From NCBI GenBank assembly GCA_005222975.1, contig NJBI01000001.1, positions 1 to 64,000 of the forward strand: a stretch of 64,000 nt of DNA, given 5' to 3'. The notes beneath the pieces were generated by a model. It was not told where the DNA came from and did not search any database. It saw only the letters and a program-made list of their open reading frames with translations. Within the stretch, counting starts at the first letter, position 1. Each line of letters starts with the position of its first letter. Both the position numbers and the translations under genes were made by a program. Source of the stretch: Promethearchaeota archaeon Loki_b31 (GTDB taxonomy: Archaea > Asgardarchaeota > Lokiarchaeia > Sigyniarchaeales > SOKP01). Positions 38,161 through 49,197 of the stretch are shown in pieces.

Positions 38161-39786
38161 TTATTCATTCAAGCGTTTATACATTTTTTTCATAATTTTA
38201 TATATGTTTACATATTCACTAAAAAGCTTGTCGTATATAGCTCTGTTTTCTGAATTTGGTTTAAAGACATTTGAATATTCGATTAATTCGGGGATTTGGT
38301 CCCAAGTAAGGTACCCCAGCCCAACTGAAGCCATAAATGCAGCTCCGCGAGCATTTGTTTGTATTGGATCTTTAACTTGTTTAATTGTTCTATCGAGAAC
38401 ATCGGCGAAAATTTGACACCAAATTTTACTATTAGCTCCGCCACCAATTATACTCACTTCTGGTATAACAATGTCTTTTTTTATCATTCCTGGAGTATCT
38501 TTTATTTTCCTTTTTTGGATAAATTTCTCAAGATAAATAAACAACCATTTTATATTATAAGCGACACCTTCAAATATGGCTCTAATCAAATGCTCTCTTG
38601 ACATCTCTAAAGAAAGGTTATAAAATCCGCCTCTAATTGTGTGATCATCAACAGGTGATCTTTCTCCAATAAGCCAAGGGGTAAAAATAAGATTATTTGA
38701 ACCAGCAGGTACATTTTCTACCATTCTATCAAAAATTTTATAAACATCTGGTACAGCTTCTTCTCTTAACAATTCATCTTTATGATATAAAATTTTATCC
38801 CTTAGAAATGACAATGCTCCTCCAGCAATTTCCTGCTCATCAATTACCATATATCTACCAGGGATTCCCGACACAATTGCTCCAATGCTATGAAATATAT
38901 CTGTCTTTTTAAAAGGAATGTGGCAAATTACCCAGTCACTCGTACCAATATAAATATGTGTATCATAATCTTTGACAGCACCCGACCCGATTGCAGCGGA
39001 TGGAACATCAGGAGCTCCTGCTATAACTTTAACATTCTTTTCCAATCCTAATTCATCAGCAACTTCTTTTGTTATTGGACCCAGAATGTCAGTAGAATTT
39101 ACTAATTCAGAGGGTAATTTACTCTGATCTAATTTACACATTTTAATTAATTTTTTAGAATATTTTATTCTATTAATCTTTCTTATATCTGTTAACCAAT
39201 GTACTCCTATAGTTGTATAAGAAGAAGCAAACTTACCAGTTAATTTTAGATTTATATAATCTTGTGGTTCCAAAAACATGTAAGTTTTATCGTAAATTTC
39301 TGAATATTCGTTTTTTATAAATAACATATGTGCTATAGGATCCTTACCGCTCAAACCAGGAGCTCCACCAGTTCTTTTTACCCATTTTAACGCTTTTATT
39401 AGATTTATTCCAGAGAATTTTATTAAACCTTTGTAAATATTTTTTATATATGGAGCTCCTCGCGTATCCATCCATATTATCGCATTCATTAAATGATTTC
39501 CATTCTTATCTAAAGGTATTGTACCACTCCATTGACTCGTATTACAAACACCTACAATATCTTCAACTGAGACGAATCCACCATCTATAACTTTTTTAGA
39601 TGTTTTGAGAATGGCATTCCACCAATCGTTTGGGTCCTGTTCAACCCCGCCTCCCTTTTCTATGTGTAAAGGAACTTCTTGAAATGCCCAATCGACAACT
39701 TCACCATGGGTTGAGACTATAGCGGTCTTAGGTCCACCTGTACCATGATCAATTGCAAGAATATATTTTTTTTGTGAGTCTGACAT
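38161..39786 (-). CDS. FGGY-family carbohydrate kinase (xylulokinase-like)
   Basis: AIDHGTGGPK, EQDPNDWW, IIWMDTR, GERSP, RAIFEG, GGGA. Confidence 0.92.
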   Translation of the reverse strand: MSDSQKKYILAIDHGTGGPKTAIVSTHGEVVDWAFQEVPLHIEKGGGVEQDPNDWWNAILKTSKKVIDGGFVSVEDIVGVCNTSQWSGTIPLDKNGNHLMNAIIWMDTRGAPYIKNIYKGLIKFSGINLIKALKWVKRTGGAPGLSGKDPIAHMLFIKNEYSEIYDKTYMFLEPQDYINLKLTGKFASSYTTIGVHWLTDIRKINRIKYSKKLIKMCKLDQSKLPSELVNSTDILGPITKEVADELGLEKNVKVIAGAPDVPSAAIGSGAVKDYDTHIYIGTSDWVICHIPFKKTDIFHSIGAIVSGIPGRYMVIDEQEIAGGALSFLRDKILYHKDELLREEAVPDVYKIFDRMVENVPAGSNNLIFTPWLIGERSPVDDHTIRGGFYNLSLEMSREHLIRAIFEGVAYNIKWLFIYLEKFIQKRKIKDTPGMIKKDIVIPEVSIIGGGANSKIWCQIFADVLDRTIKQVKDPIQTNARGAAFMASVGLGYLTWDQIPELIEYSNVFKPNSENRAIYDKLFSEYVNIYKIMKKMYKRLNE

Positions 39787-39908
39787 ATTAAATATAAATG
39801 TTCTTAAGGTAAATAAAGATTTTTTTATGTAAGGCTTTCCTATTTAAATTAAGTCTTTTTAATTGACTATACTATTTAATAATTTAAAGAATTTTTTGGG
39901 GATTTTTT

Positions 39909-41306
39909 ATGGAATATGAGGAAAAAATAGCTAAAATTAAAAATATTGTTGATTTGCCTATTAGTAAATTTAAACCCGAAGAATTGAAGGGAATCATTGA
40001 GAGATACGAAAAAAATCACAAGAAATCTAAAGAGGCTTTTGAAAGGGCAAAAAAAATCATACCAGGGGGCGTAGAACATAATCTTGCTTTTAATTACCCT
40101 TTTCCTTTAGCTAGTAAAAGGGTTTTTGATTGTTATATGGAAACTGTAGACGACGTTATATTAACAGATTTCTTAATGGATGGAGGACCAATAATTCTTG
40201 GTCATAATCACCCTATTTTAACCGAAAAGATTATTGAAGTTATAAGAGAAATTGGTCCATGTCACGGAATAACTCACAAATACGAATATCTTGCTGCTGA
40301 AGAACTTCAGAAACATTTTCCATCTTGTGAAGTTATAAGATGGCTTCAAACTGGAACAGAAGCAGATATGCTTGCTATAAGGATTGCCAGAGTTGCTACA
40401 AATCGTAAATGGGTTATTAAAATAGGTGGCAGTTATCACGGATGGTCAGATCAATTGGTTTACGATATGCACGTTCCTGGAACAAAACTATTAGAATCTC
40501 ATGGGATTCCAAAATCAATATTTAAATGGATTGATTCTTGTCCTCCCAACGACATTGAAGTATTACGTCAGATGTTTAAGGAGAAGCGCAAAGTAGCTGC
40601 CGTAATCATCGAACCTATGGGAGGTGAGTCAGGGGCCAATCCTGTGAGACCTGGTTTTAATAAGGAAGTAGAAGAATTGTGCCATGAAAATGGAGCATTA
40701 TTGATTTCAGACGAAGTTGTGTGTGCTTTTAGGTTACATATGGGTGGGGGTCAAGCATATTACGGTTATACTCCGGATTTGTCTGTTTTTGGAAAAATTG
40801 TAGGACATGGGTATCCTTCTGCAGCCGCTATTGGTGGTAAGAAAGAGATTATGCGCTTTTGTGCAGCAGGAGTGGGTGGTGGTAAAAGAGCTTATAGTGG
40901 AGGGACATTAGCAGCAAATCCTTTAACATGTGCCGCTGCTTATCATGCGATGAAATTAGTTGAGGAAACGGGTGCAACAGAAAAAGCTGGAAAGGCAGGA
41001 GCCCGATTAGCAAATGGATTAAATGAAGTTTTCGCTAAATATGAATTACCGTGGTTTTCATATAATCTTGGCGGTACAGTTCATTTTCACACCTCGTGCC
41101 TTTTTGGTTTAAGTTTTGACATTTCTGAACAAGTAGGTCAGCTCCCGTCAAGAAAAAAGTTTATGGAACATATTGGTGCCGCTTTAGTGGATCAAGAAAT
41201 AATTTCCGTGGCTGGGAGTAGATTTTACATGTGTATTCTCCACTCTGACGAAATTGTAGACGAGACTATCGAAAAAATAGACCGTATCTGTCAGAAAATA
41301 GAATAA
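39909..41306 (+). CDS. Class III PLP aminotransferase (GSA aminomutase-like)
   Basis: IPGG, GPIILGH, TGTEA, YHGWSD, DEVVCAFR, FGKIVG, GTLAANP. Confidence 0.9.
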   Translation: MEYEEKIAKIKNIVDLPISKFKPEELKGIIERYEKNHKKSKEAFERAKKIIPGGVEHNLAFNYPFPLASKRVFDCYMETVDDVILTDFLMDGGPIILGHNHPILTEKIIEVIREIGPCHGITHKYEYLAAEELQKHFPSCEVIRWLQTGTEADMLAIRIARVATNRKWVIKIGGSYHGWSDQLVYDMHVPGTKLLESHGIPKSIFKWIDSCPPNDIEVLRQMFKEKRKVAAVIIEPMGGESGANPVRPGFNKEVEELCHENGALLISDEVVCAFRLHMGGGQAYYGYTPDLSVFGKIVGHGYPSAAAIGGKKEIMRFCAAGVGGGKRAYSGGTLAANPLTCAAAYHAMKLVEETGATEKAGKAGARLANGLNEVFAKYELPWFSYNLGGTVHFHTSCLFGLSFDISEQVGQLPSRKKFMEHIGAALVDQEIISVAGSRFYMCILHSDEIVDETIEKIDRICQKIE

Positions 41307-41407
41307 TATTATATAATTTTTTTTAAAATTTTTAAAAGTAGGAAAAACAAACAAAAAACTTTATTTTCTCTAAACTCGAAATATTAATATTCTTAAACAA
41401 ATTTAAA

Positions 41408-42454
41408 GTGAAAGTTATGGGTAATCAAAATGAGATAACAGAACCGTCAAATTTATTTAACGACGTTGGTTCGCTTGTTCAACGCGGATGGGCAAGAAAA
41501 CCTTTATTAAAATACAATAAGGAAAAAATAGGTAAAGGTTGGACGAGAATAAAAGAATGGGACCATTTTTCTGTGTTAAACAAGGACTTCGGATTTCAGT
41601 TAACTATAGGGGATATAGGGTATTTGACTCAAATGAGTTATGTATGGCTCGATTTTAAAAGCAGGAAAAGAGACGGTAAAGGTTTGTTTAAATTCTTTAC
41701 AAAATCTAAAGTTCTTCCCTTAAACTCTTTAGAAGACAGCGTTATTGAGTTTCCAACCAAAAAATTTAACGCTACCATCTCGAAACAAGGCAATAAACGA
41801 ATTCTTACTATTGACGACCCCTCGTTTCAAAATAAGGGGATAAAAGGTACAATCACATTCCATGACGATCCAAAAATGGATAATACTGTGGTCGTGACTG
41901 GATATGACGATCCAAGGTTGTTTTACTACAACCATAAGATTAATTACATGCCTGCAGAAGGCTCTATTGCGATTGGAGATAAATCGTATACCTTTGAACC
42001 TGAAACATCTTTTGGACTCATGGACTGGGGGCGCGGGATATGGCCTTATAAAACGCGTTGGCTCTGGGGTTCTGGTTGTGGACTTGTCTCTGGAGTGCCG
42101 GTTGCTTTTAACATAGGCTATGGTTTCGGTTTAGTCGGTAGTAAAGAAGGTGCAACCCATACAGAAAACATCATTTTCTATGATGGAAAAGCTCATAAAA
42201 TTGATGAGATTACATTTCACCACGAAAATAGGGATCCTACAAAGCCCTGGAAGTTTACGAGCAACGATAATAGGTTTAATATGGTTTTGGAACCTATCAT
42301 ACCACATCGCGAAAAAATGAATTTTGGATTAATTTATCTTAACTCTTCCTTGATGCATGGTTTTTTTTCTGGCGAGCTAATTTTAGATAATGGAGAAAAG
42401 ATTCATATTGAAAAGATGTTAGGTCACGCTGAAGACATTTATTGGCGCTGGTAA
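41408..42454 (+). CDS. DUF2804 family protein
   Basis: GWAR.P, KEWDHF, FYYNHK, MDWGRGIWPY...WLW, TENIIF, GHAE. Confidence 0.82.
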   Translation: MKVMGNQNEITEPSNLFNDVGSLVQRGWARKPLLKYNKEKIGKGWTRIKEWDHFSVLNKDFGFQLTIGDIGYLTQMSYVWLDFKSRKRDGKGLFKFFTKSKVLPLNSLEDSVIEFPTKKFNATISKQGNKRILTIDDPSFQNKGIKGTITFHDDPKMDNTVVVTGYDDPRLFYYNHKINYMPAEGSIAIGDKSYTFEPETSFGLMDWGRGIWPYKTRWLWGSGCGLVSGVPVAFNIGYGFGLVGSKEGATHTENIIFYDGKAHKIDEITFHHENRDPTKPWKFTSNDNRFNMVLEPIIPHREKMNFGLIYLNSSLMHGFFSGELILDNGEKIHIEKMLGHAEDIYWRW

Positions 42455-42522
42455 AATCACGAAGATAAAATCCATATAGAAATAAAATTGTAAAGATAAA
42501 AAAAAAAATAAAATGAAATTAT

Positions 42523-43960
42523 TTATCTAAGATTCATTTCAGCTAATTTTTCCTTATTTTTAGCTATTTTGTCAGGAGTTAAGTCATAATATTTCCAAAA
42601 TAAAAGTACTGTAATAAGAACCAAAATAGCTGGAACAATTGCAGTGTGAATTCTTATCCCAAATACTGCAAAAGGTGATTGTGTTGACGCTCCTTCTACA
42701 TACCCTGTCATTATATGACTTAATGCTATTGTTACTGAGATAAATGTTTGACCAAATTTAATAAAGAACGATTGAAAACCGTAATATATCGCTTGCTGGC
42801 TTTTACCTGTTCTCACGGCTATATCGTCAAGAACATCACCCATTGTTGGTGGATCAACGTACCAGTGGCCACCAATTCCAATTCCAAAGAAAAAAAGAGC
42901 AATTATCCAAGGAATTAGTCCCCAAATAAATATCATTGGCAAGAAAGTAAGAAATAATATTATACCTGCTACTATGCTCATTTTTCTATTATCATTTATT
43001 TTATGAGCAAAAAATGTCCATAATGGGGTCGAAACGAGTGCTCCTAAAAGCATACCTCCTAAAAGATATATAATAGCTTCATCTGACATTCCTAAAATGT
43101 ATGTGGAGATGTATAATGCTGATGTTTGAATCATTATTCCACCTACTTGGTATCCAAAAAAAAATATTACCTTCATCATAAATGTTCGATCTCTAAGTAC
43201 CCGTCCGGTCGACTTAAAGAATGGTTCTACTTCTTGTTCTTCTCCAGCTTCTTTTCTTTTTGCATACAGTTCTTTAACTTTTCGATTTTCCCTAACACCT
43301 GGAATTACGAGAAGAAAAAGAGCAAGTCCTACTACGATGCTGAATGTTGCTGCTTGGATATAAGTTTCAGCTACAAAAGTATCAATGAATAAGAGCGATG
43401 GAATAATGAACGCGAGAACAAGTCCAGTTATTCCTAAAATTGTTCCAAACCCTTGAACAGTTCTTCGCTCTTTTATATCAGTGAATTTGTCAGGATAAAG
43501 AGATATTATATTTACATCATATAGAGTAAAACATGTATCATAAATACATAAAGTTACGACATACCACGCAAAAATTTGAAATTGGTGAGCTTGAACTACT
43601 GAAGTTGAGCCATACCAATCAGTCGGCACTAAATATATAAATAAAAAAGATATTAACCATGGGACAACACCAATGATAATCCATGGAAAGCGTTTCAATC
43701 CTTTTTTTTCCCATGGCATATGAATCTTTTCCATCAACCAACCAATGGATCATTTATCGCGTTCCAAATACTATAAATCACAAAAGCCCACATCGCCATC
43801 AATGTCGGTAATCCTATGACATTCTCATAAAAGAAGAACACAGTGAAACCGAACGAAGCACTAATCCATTGTCCAATTAATTCACGGGAGCCATATGAAG
43901 CCATGACTATTTTAGAGTTTGCATTTTTTTTTTTTTTCTAACTTTTAATTCTTCCGTCAT
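42523..43960 (-). pseudogene. GPH/MFS_2 glycoside-cation symporter, frameshifted twice near 5' end
   Basis: ATG at 43960; A14 tract (43924..43937) shifts the frame. The next frame reads KIVMASYGSRE...WNAINDPLVG then TGA at 43734..43736. A third frame (ORF 42523..43737) continues LMEK...KRFPW. Confidence 0.82.
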
Positions 43961-44165
43961 ATCTTATTTCTCCTATTTTTCAATATTCCCTTCCATATAA
44001 TCTTTTTAAAAAAAAAAGTTTATTGAATATATCTTTAAAGTGTTTTAAATATTGTTTATTTAACCCCGAAATTTACTTTCTCGTATTTATTTATTTTTGA
44101 AATTTTAAAAACTTTTATTACAAATTTAATTATATTGTTAGTCAAAGAACTATTTAAAACTTAAT

Positions 44166-44852
44166 TTGGAGTTTACTTTGAAGATCGTTATTTTTGCACC
44201 TCATCCAGATGATGAAAGTTATGGCGCAGGAGGGTCAATACTAACATGGATTAATGAGGGTCATAATGTTCATATTATTTGGCTTACAGATGGTAGAGCT
44301 GGTTATAGAAAACCAAGAATCATTGGTGATCTTGAAGATTGTGAAGCTACTAGAATCTCTGAAGATGAATTGGTTAAAATAAGATTAGCTGAGGCAGATG
44401 CTGCTGGTGAGTTTTTAGGAGTTAAAAAGGAAAATAGACACTTTTTGAAATTTTTCGATCAAGAATTAAGGAAGCATATAGAAGAAGCAGTTGATGAAAT
44501 CAAAGATATTTTAGAAGATGCTGATAGATTTGTAATTCCCAGCGCTAATAATGATCATCCAGATCATCAGGCAACTTATGAAATTGCAGTTAAAGTAGCT
44601 GAAGAACTGAATCTAAAAAGCTTGGAATTTTACATTTACGCTTTATATAACCCTTTGAAAGCTCAAGATGAAAATCTAGTTAAAATTCGAATAGGGAATT
44701 TGAGATTTAAGGTATATGACGCTTTGAAGCTGCATAAATCTCAATTCTATACAAAGGATATGAAATGGCAAAGTTTAGCTATAAGAGACAGAAGAAGAGA
44801 ACGGTTTGGTTCTTTCAAATTAAAAGATAAAAATAATTTTTATAACTTTTAG
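44166..44852 (+). CDS. PIG-L/LmbE family deacetylase
   Basis: FAPHPDDE, LTDG, DHPDH, HKSQ. Confidence 0.93.
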   Translation: MEFTLKIVIFAPHPDDESYGAGGSILTWINEGHNVHIIWLTDGRAGYRKPRIIGDLEDCEATRISEDELVKIRLAEADAAGEFLGVKKENRHFLKFFDQELRKHIEEAVDEIKDILEDADRFVIPSANNDHPDHQATYEIAVKVAEELNLKSLEFYIYALYNPLKAQDENLVKIRIGNLRFKVYDALKLHKSQFYTKDMKWQSLAIRDRRRERFGSFKLKDKNNFYNF

Positions 44853-44870
44853 ATAACTAATAATGATTTA

Positions 44871-45623
44871 ATGATTGATGAAAAAAATTTTATTGAAGCC
44901 ACTAAAATCGTAAAGAATTCCGAGAAAATCGTTGTGTTTACGGGAGCAGGAGCTTCAACTGAATCTGGGATCGCAGATTTTAGAAGTGAGGGGGGTTTGT
45001 GGTCTCGCTACGATCCTTCGATTTATGCGAGCTACCACTATTTTCTGGAAGACCCGAGCAAGTTCTGGACTATGCATAACGAATTAGTTGACATCGTAGT
45101 TAATGCGAAGCCGAATCCAATTCATTATGCGGTCGTTGAGCTGGAAAAACTTGGGAAAATAATTGCTATAATCACTCAAAATGTAGACGCACTACATCAA
45201 CGCGCGGGAAGTGGAACTTATAATAGTATACCAATTTACGAATTACACGGTTCTTATGAAAAATTAGAGTGTATTAGGTGTAAAAAAGAATTTCTTTTTG
45301 AAGAAGTTGAGACTAAGAACGTAAAATATCCAGTTTGTGAATGTAGTGGGTACATAAAACCAAAAGTAGTGTTATTTGGAGAACCATTGCGCCCAAGCGT
45401 GTTAGAAAGAGCAATGAACGCTTGTAGGTCTTGTGATTGTTTTCTGATGATAGGAAGCTCTTTACTCATATCCCCAGCAAATTTTTTACCTTCCATCGCG
45501 AAAGAAAGTGGAGCAAAACTAATCTTCGTAAATCGAGATAGTACCGCAATGGACGATATTGCTGATATCTTTTTAAAAGGTAGTGGAGGAGAAATTTTGT
45601 CAGAATTAATCCAAAGACTATGA
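44871..45623 (+). CDS. cobB: NAD-dependent protein deacylase (Sir2 family)
   Basis: FTGAGASTESGIADFRS, ITQNVDALH, ELHG, CIRC/CEC zinc site, KPKVVLFGE, IGSS. Confidence 0.95.
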   Translation: MIDEKNFIEATKIVKNSEKIVVFTGAGASTESGIADFRSEGGLWSRYDPSIYASYHYFLEDPSKFWTMHNELVDIVVNAKPNPIHYAVVELEKLGKIIAIITQNVDALHQRAGSGTYNSIPIYELHGSYEKLECIRCKKEFLFEEVETKNVKYPVCECSGYIKPKVVLFGEPLRPSVLERAMNACRSCDCFLMIGSSLLISPANFLPSIAKESGAKLIFVNRDSTAMDDIADIFLKGSGGEILSELIQRL

Positions 45624-45923
45624 AAGAAATAAAATCGTGAACTTTTCACTGAAATTAAGGTTAATTTTTAATAAAGTTATTTTTGCCAAGAAAAAAGATA
45701 ATATTTAAATATTTTACAGTTAAATAGATGCATGGTATACTACTTCAAATAATTTGAATTTTTATTCAATTAATCTCGAAAATTAAGCAGCAATTTCACT
45801 TATTCAAAAATGTTTTAAGACACTAATTCAAGTTAGACCGACGAACTTCGCTAATATTTCTTGATTAATTCTATTTAGGGATTTACGATACAACTGAGTA
45901 TTTTATAAAGAGGATGTAATTTA

Positions 45924-46883
45924 ATGATTGAAATAATCGTAGCGTTTTTTATTCTCATAGGAGGAGTTGTTATTATAATCTTCTCTAGTAGTTTTGCTGT
46001 AAAAAATTCAGCTTTACTTGCAACAGCCTTAGGTATATCACCATTAATAATTGGAGTGACTTTAGTATCAATAGGAACAGATATTTCTGAAATTTTTAAT
46101 TCAATTATTTCCTGTTCTATGGGTCACGGAGATATTGATGTAGGAGATTCTGTTGGCTCAGATCTCACGCAACTCACTTTAGTTTTTGGACTTCTACCAC
46201 TAATTTGTGGTTCATTTCATGTTAATAGAAAGGACATAATAATATTAGGTTCTTGCGAAGTTCTGTCTTTATTATTGATCTTTACTATTGTTGAGAAAGG
46301 ATACATTACTCGTTTGAACGCGTTATTTATGGTTTTCAGCCTTGTAATTTATTTTTGGTTAATATATAACGCGAATAAAGAGAGTATCCTGCATAGAGTA
46401 GAATTGATTGAAACGAAGCAACTAACAAAAAGTAAAAAAATCCTCCTTTTGTTTGCTGCAATTGGTTTTGCCGGCGTCACGGCGGGCTCCTATATCATCG
46501 TAAATTCTGTTATTTATATATCGCAAGCTCTAAGTATTCACGAATATATCATCAGTTTCTTCATCCTCTCAATAGGAACGTCGCTACCAGAACTCGTCGT
46601 TGATATAAACGCCCTTCGTCATGGTCATCATTCCATAGCAATTGGAGATATAGTTGGTTCTTGTATCGTTGATTCTACTTTATCTATAGGCATTGGCCAA
46701 GTTTTCTTCCCTCAAGCGGTTACAGCAGAATTAGCGGTACCTACGGTTTTATATACGCTCGTTGTTAGTATAATTGTAATTGTTGTAATAGCAGCCAGAC
46801 AAAAAATGGACAAAAAAGCTGGAGTATTTTTTATATTCCTTTATACAATGGCTTTCGTATTTCTATTTGGATTAGGAATGTAA
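45924..46883 (+). CDS. CaCA-family Na+/Ca2+ antiporter (YrbG-like)
   Basis: Alpha repeats SIGTDISE (degenerate) and SIGTSLPE, GDSVGS/GDIVGS, about 10 TM. Confidence 0.9.
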   Translation: MIEIIVAFFILIGGVVIIIFSSSFAVKNSALLATALGISPLIIGVTLVSIGTDISEIFNSIISCSMGHGDIDVGDSVGSDLTQLTLVFGLLPLICGSFHVNRKDIIILGSCEVLSLLLIFTIVEKGYITRLNALFMVFSLVIYFWLIYNANKESILHRVELIETKQLTKSKKILLLFAAIGFAGVTAGSYIIVNSVIYISQALSIHEYIISFFILSIGTSLPELVVDINALRHGHHSIAIGDIVGSCIVDSTLSIGIGQVFFPQAVTAELAVPTVLYTLVVSIIVIVVIAARQKMDKKAGVFFIFLYTMAFVFLFGLGM

Positions 46884-46909
46884 ACCTTGACTTCTTTAAG
46901 TGAACAGGA

Positions 46910-47257
46910 TTATTCAGGTAAATAAAACTTACATATAGTACACTGTTTTGCTTTTAATCGCCTATCAGGTCCGAGAATAATATATTTGCTTTTCATAGCC
47001 CCGCCGCATTTTGGACAATTTTTTACAAAGTTCTCTTTTATTGAATCTAAAACCTTCTGGATGCTTTTCTCTAGCTGAAGTAATTCATTTGCGTTTTCTA
47101 TTATTTTTTTCGCCGAGATAATGCCAATTCCCTTAATCCATGCTAGCTCTTCGGTTGTAGAGTTTGCGATCTCTTCAATTGTTTTCACACCTGCTTTATT
47201 GAGGTTTACAGCAGCTATTGGTCCAACACCTCTAACCCGTTCGAGCTCACTAGACAT
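46910..47257 (-). CDS. Helix-hairpin-helix (RadA N-terminal-like) protein with C-terminal zinc ribbon
   Basis: VRGVGP, IKGIG HhH motifs; CPKC...CTIC. Start placed at ATG 47257 rather than 47299. Confidence 0.8.
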   Translation of the reverse strand: MSSELERVRGVGPIAAVNLNKAGVKTIEEIANSTTEELAWIKGIGIISAKKIIENANELLQLEKSIQKVLDSIKENFVKNCPKCGGAMKSKYIILGPDRRLKAKQCTICKFYLPE

Positions 47258-47431
47258 AAAAAACACTTTTATATGGATTATTCCACTTGAGAATGACAAA
47301 TATTACTACTTGAATGAATTAAAAAGAAACTTAACCTACACTAATTTTGAATTTATCTATAATAATAAATAATTGCAATACTAAAAGATAAAATTTGAGA
47401 TGATAAAAAAAAGAAAATATTTTAGTAAAAA

Positions 47432-48154
47432 TTATTTTTCTATTTGACGTCCTACGCCGTAATACATCAAACTAGCTCCTAAAAGAGCTAACATCAAGCC
47501 TACTACTCCTATTATAGTTCTAAAAGTAGGGATATTTAAAGTATTAGAAATAAAAATTCCATACATAAAGATCGCAAGTGCGCAAAATCCGAATATAAAG
47601 AATTTCCACTTTTTTTTTAATATCTCATCTTCAAATTTCTTATAAATCTGAAATGATAGATAAAGTGCTGGTAATATTCCAATAGTTTCGATTACTACAA
47701 CATATAAGAAGAATGGGACGCTCCAAACGGGGCTCCAGCCAGTTCCTGCATTGAGTGTCACACCAAAACCTGGAGTGAATAGAAACAAGATCATACAAAA
47801 CATTGCAATTCCGTAAATAATAAGAATAATTAATTGTTTGCTCGTTGAAATTACTTTTTCAGATTTTAGAAGAATTAATTCAAAAACTACAATAAATATT
47901 GGAGAATAGAAGATAAAAAAGTTAGTGAGAAAGTTTAGCATTAGCACAACAGATTCGTCGGTAAGAGGAGCATAAATAAAATTTATAATAAATCCAATAG
48001 CTGGAGATAAATAAAATCCTGAAAAGATTACATTTAGTCGTTTCCTATCTCTTTTGAGAATTTTGAACGCCAAAAAAAGGAAAAAAGCACACATAAATCC
48101 TTGGGCTCCATATATCGTTATAATACGAGTCAAAGACATATCATAAAGAGTCAT
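47432..48154 (-). CDS. Stand-alone 7TM protein (HisKA_7TM-like), paralogue 1
   Basis: Seven hydrophobic helices, no cytoplasmic output domain; shares QG, SGFYLS, TxWxPxWS, KKKWK, ISNTL, YYGV with 48335..49045. Confidence 0.8.
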   Translation of the reverse strand: MTLYDMSLTRIITIYGAQGFMCAFFLFLAFKILKRDRKRLNVIFSGFYLSPAIGFIINFIYAPLTDESVVLMLNFLTNFFIFYSPIFIVVFELILLKSEKVISTSKQLIILIIYGIAMFCMILFLFTPGFGVTLNAGTGWSPVWSVPFFLYVVVIETIGILPALYLSFQIYKKFEDEILKKKWKFFIFGFCALAIFMYGIFISNTLNIPTFRTIIGVVGLMLALLGASLMYYGVGRQIEK

Positions 48155-48334
48155 TTTTAAATCACATTTGAATTTTTTTTATTGTTTGAAATTTATTATT
48201 TTTTTAATTTTGATAACATATAATTGTATTTTTCCTATTTAATTGTAATTCAATCTGATATGTATCGAGATGTAAAACATTTTATTTGTAATTATTTTTG
48301 AATGGAAAAAAAAATAGAATTAATATCAAAATTA

Positions 48335-49045
48335 TTATAATTGCTTCGCAACGCCATAATAAACAAAGTACAGAGAAATAAGCGAGGGTAACGATGCAAG
48401 AGACCATATTAACCTAAAAGTTGGGTCGGCTAATGTATTGGAGATTGTAGTACCATAAAATAAAAAGAAATATGCGAAAATACCAACTAAAAAATACTTC
48501 CATTTCTTTTTTAATTCCTTGTACTCGAACTTAAAATATAGTTTTAAAGAAAAGTAAGTTGTAGGAACAATAGCTATCGAGCTACAAATAATAAAACTAA
48601 AGGTTAAGAAAAGCCAACTCCACTCGGGTTTCCAATCCGTACTTGCATTAATAATAATACCGTCTGGTATAAACCATAGGCTAAATAAAAGAACGCCAAA
48701 TGTAATTATCAATACTAATTGAATTTTGGGAGTTATAACCTTGTCCGATTTGTCAACTATTAATACAAAAATGAGTAAGAAGATTAAAGAAAGGCACAGC
48801 AGATAGTAAGTTAAAAAATGTAGTATATGAACAACGGACTCTACTAAAATGAACGCGTAAATCACATTTATAATAACTCCAAAAGCCACGGATAAATAAA
48901 ATCCACTTAATATAAGGTTAGGTCCCTTCAACTCTCTCTTTAAAATTCTATACGCTATAAACAGAAAAAATAAACCAGTTAACCCTTGTACGAGAAAAAT
49001 TTGAATGAGTCTTGCTATATCCATATATTGCGCTAAAAATATCAA
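48335..49045 (-). CDS. Stand-alone 7TM protein (HisKA_7TM-like), paralogue 2
   Basis: Tandem paralogue of 47432..48154; TTG start or downstream ATG. Confidence 0.8.
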   Translation of the reverse strand: MIFLAQYMDIARLIQIFLVQGLTGLFFLFIAYRILKRELKGPNLILSGFYLSVAFGVIINVIYAFILVESVVHILHFLTYYLLCLSLIFLLIFVLIVDKSDKVITPKIQLVLIITFGVLLFSLWFIPDGIIINASTDWKPEWSWLFLTFSFIICSSIAIVPTTYFSLKLYFKFEYKELKKKWKYFLVGIFAYFFLFYGTTISNTLADPTFRLIWSLASLPSLISLYFVYYGVAKQL

Positions 49046-49197
49046 ATACTATCCCATTTCCTTTAATTATATAATAGACAAGATTAATTTTTTTGTCTGA
49101 TATTATATATTAGATTTTTTGCTATATAACTATTTATTTTTAAAAGAAAAGGTGTTCAAAAAGGAATAATAAAAAGTTTAACAGAATTAGGTTATTT

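Noticed and set aside
39909-41306. hemL assignment (and hemE for 25839..26921)
   Set aside because: Family-level motifs only and no tetrapyrrole gene context; both families have many non-haem paralogues, so no gene symbol was given.
43734-43736. Selenocysteine UGA in the transporter
   Set aside because: Homology continues in a different frame, so this is a frameshift, not recoding.
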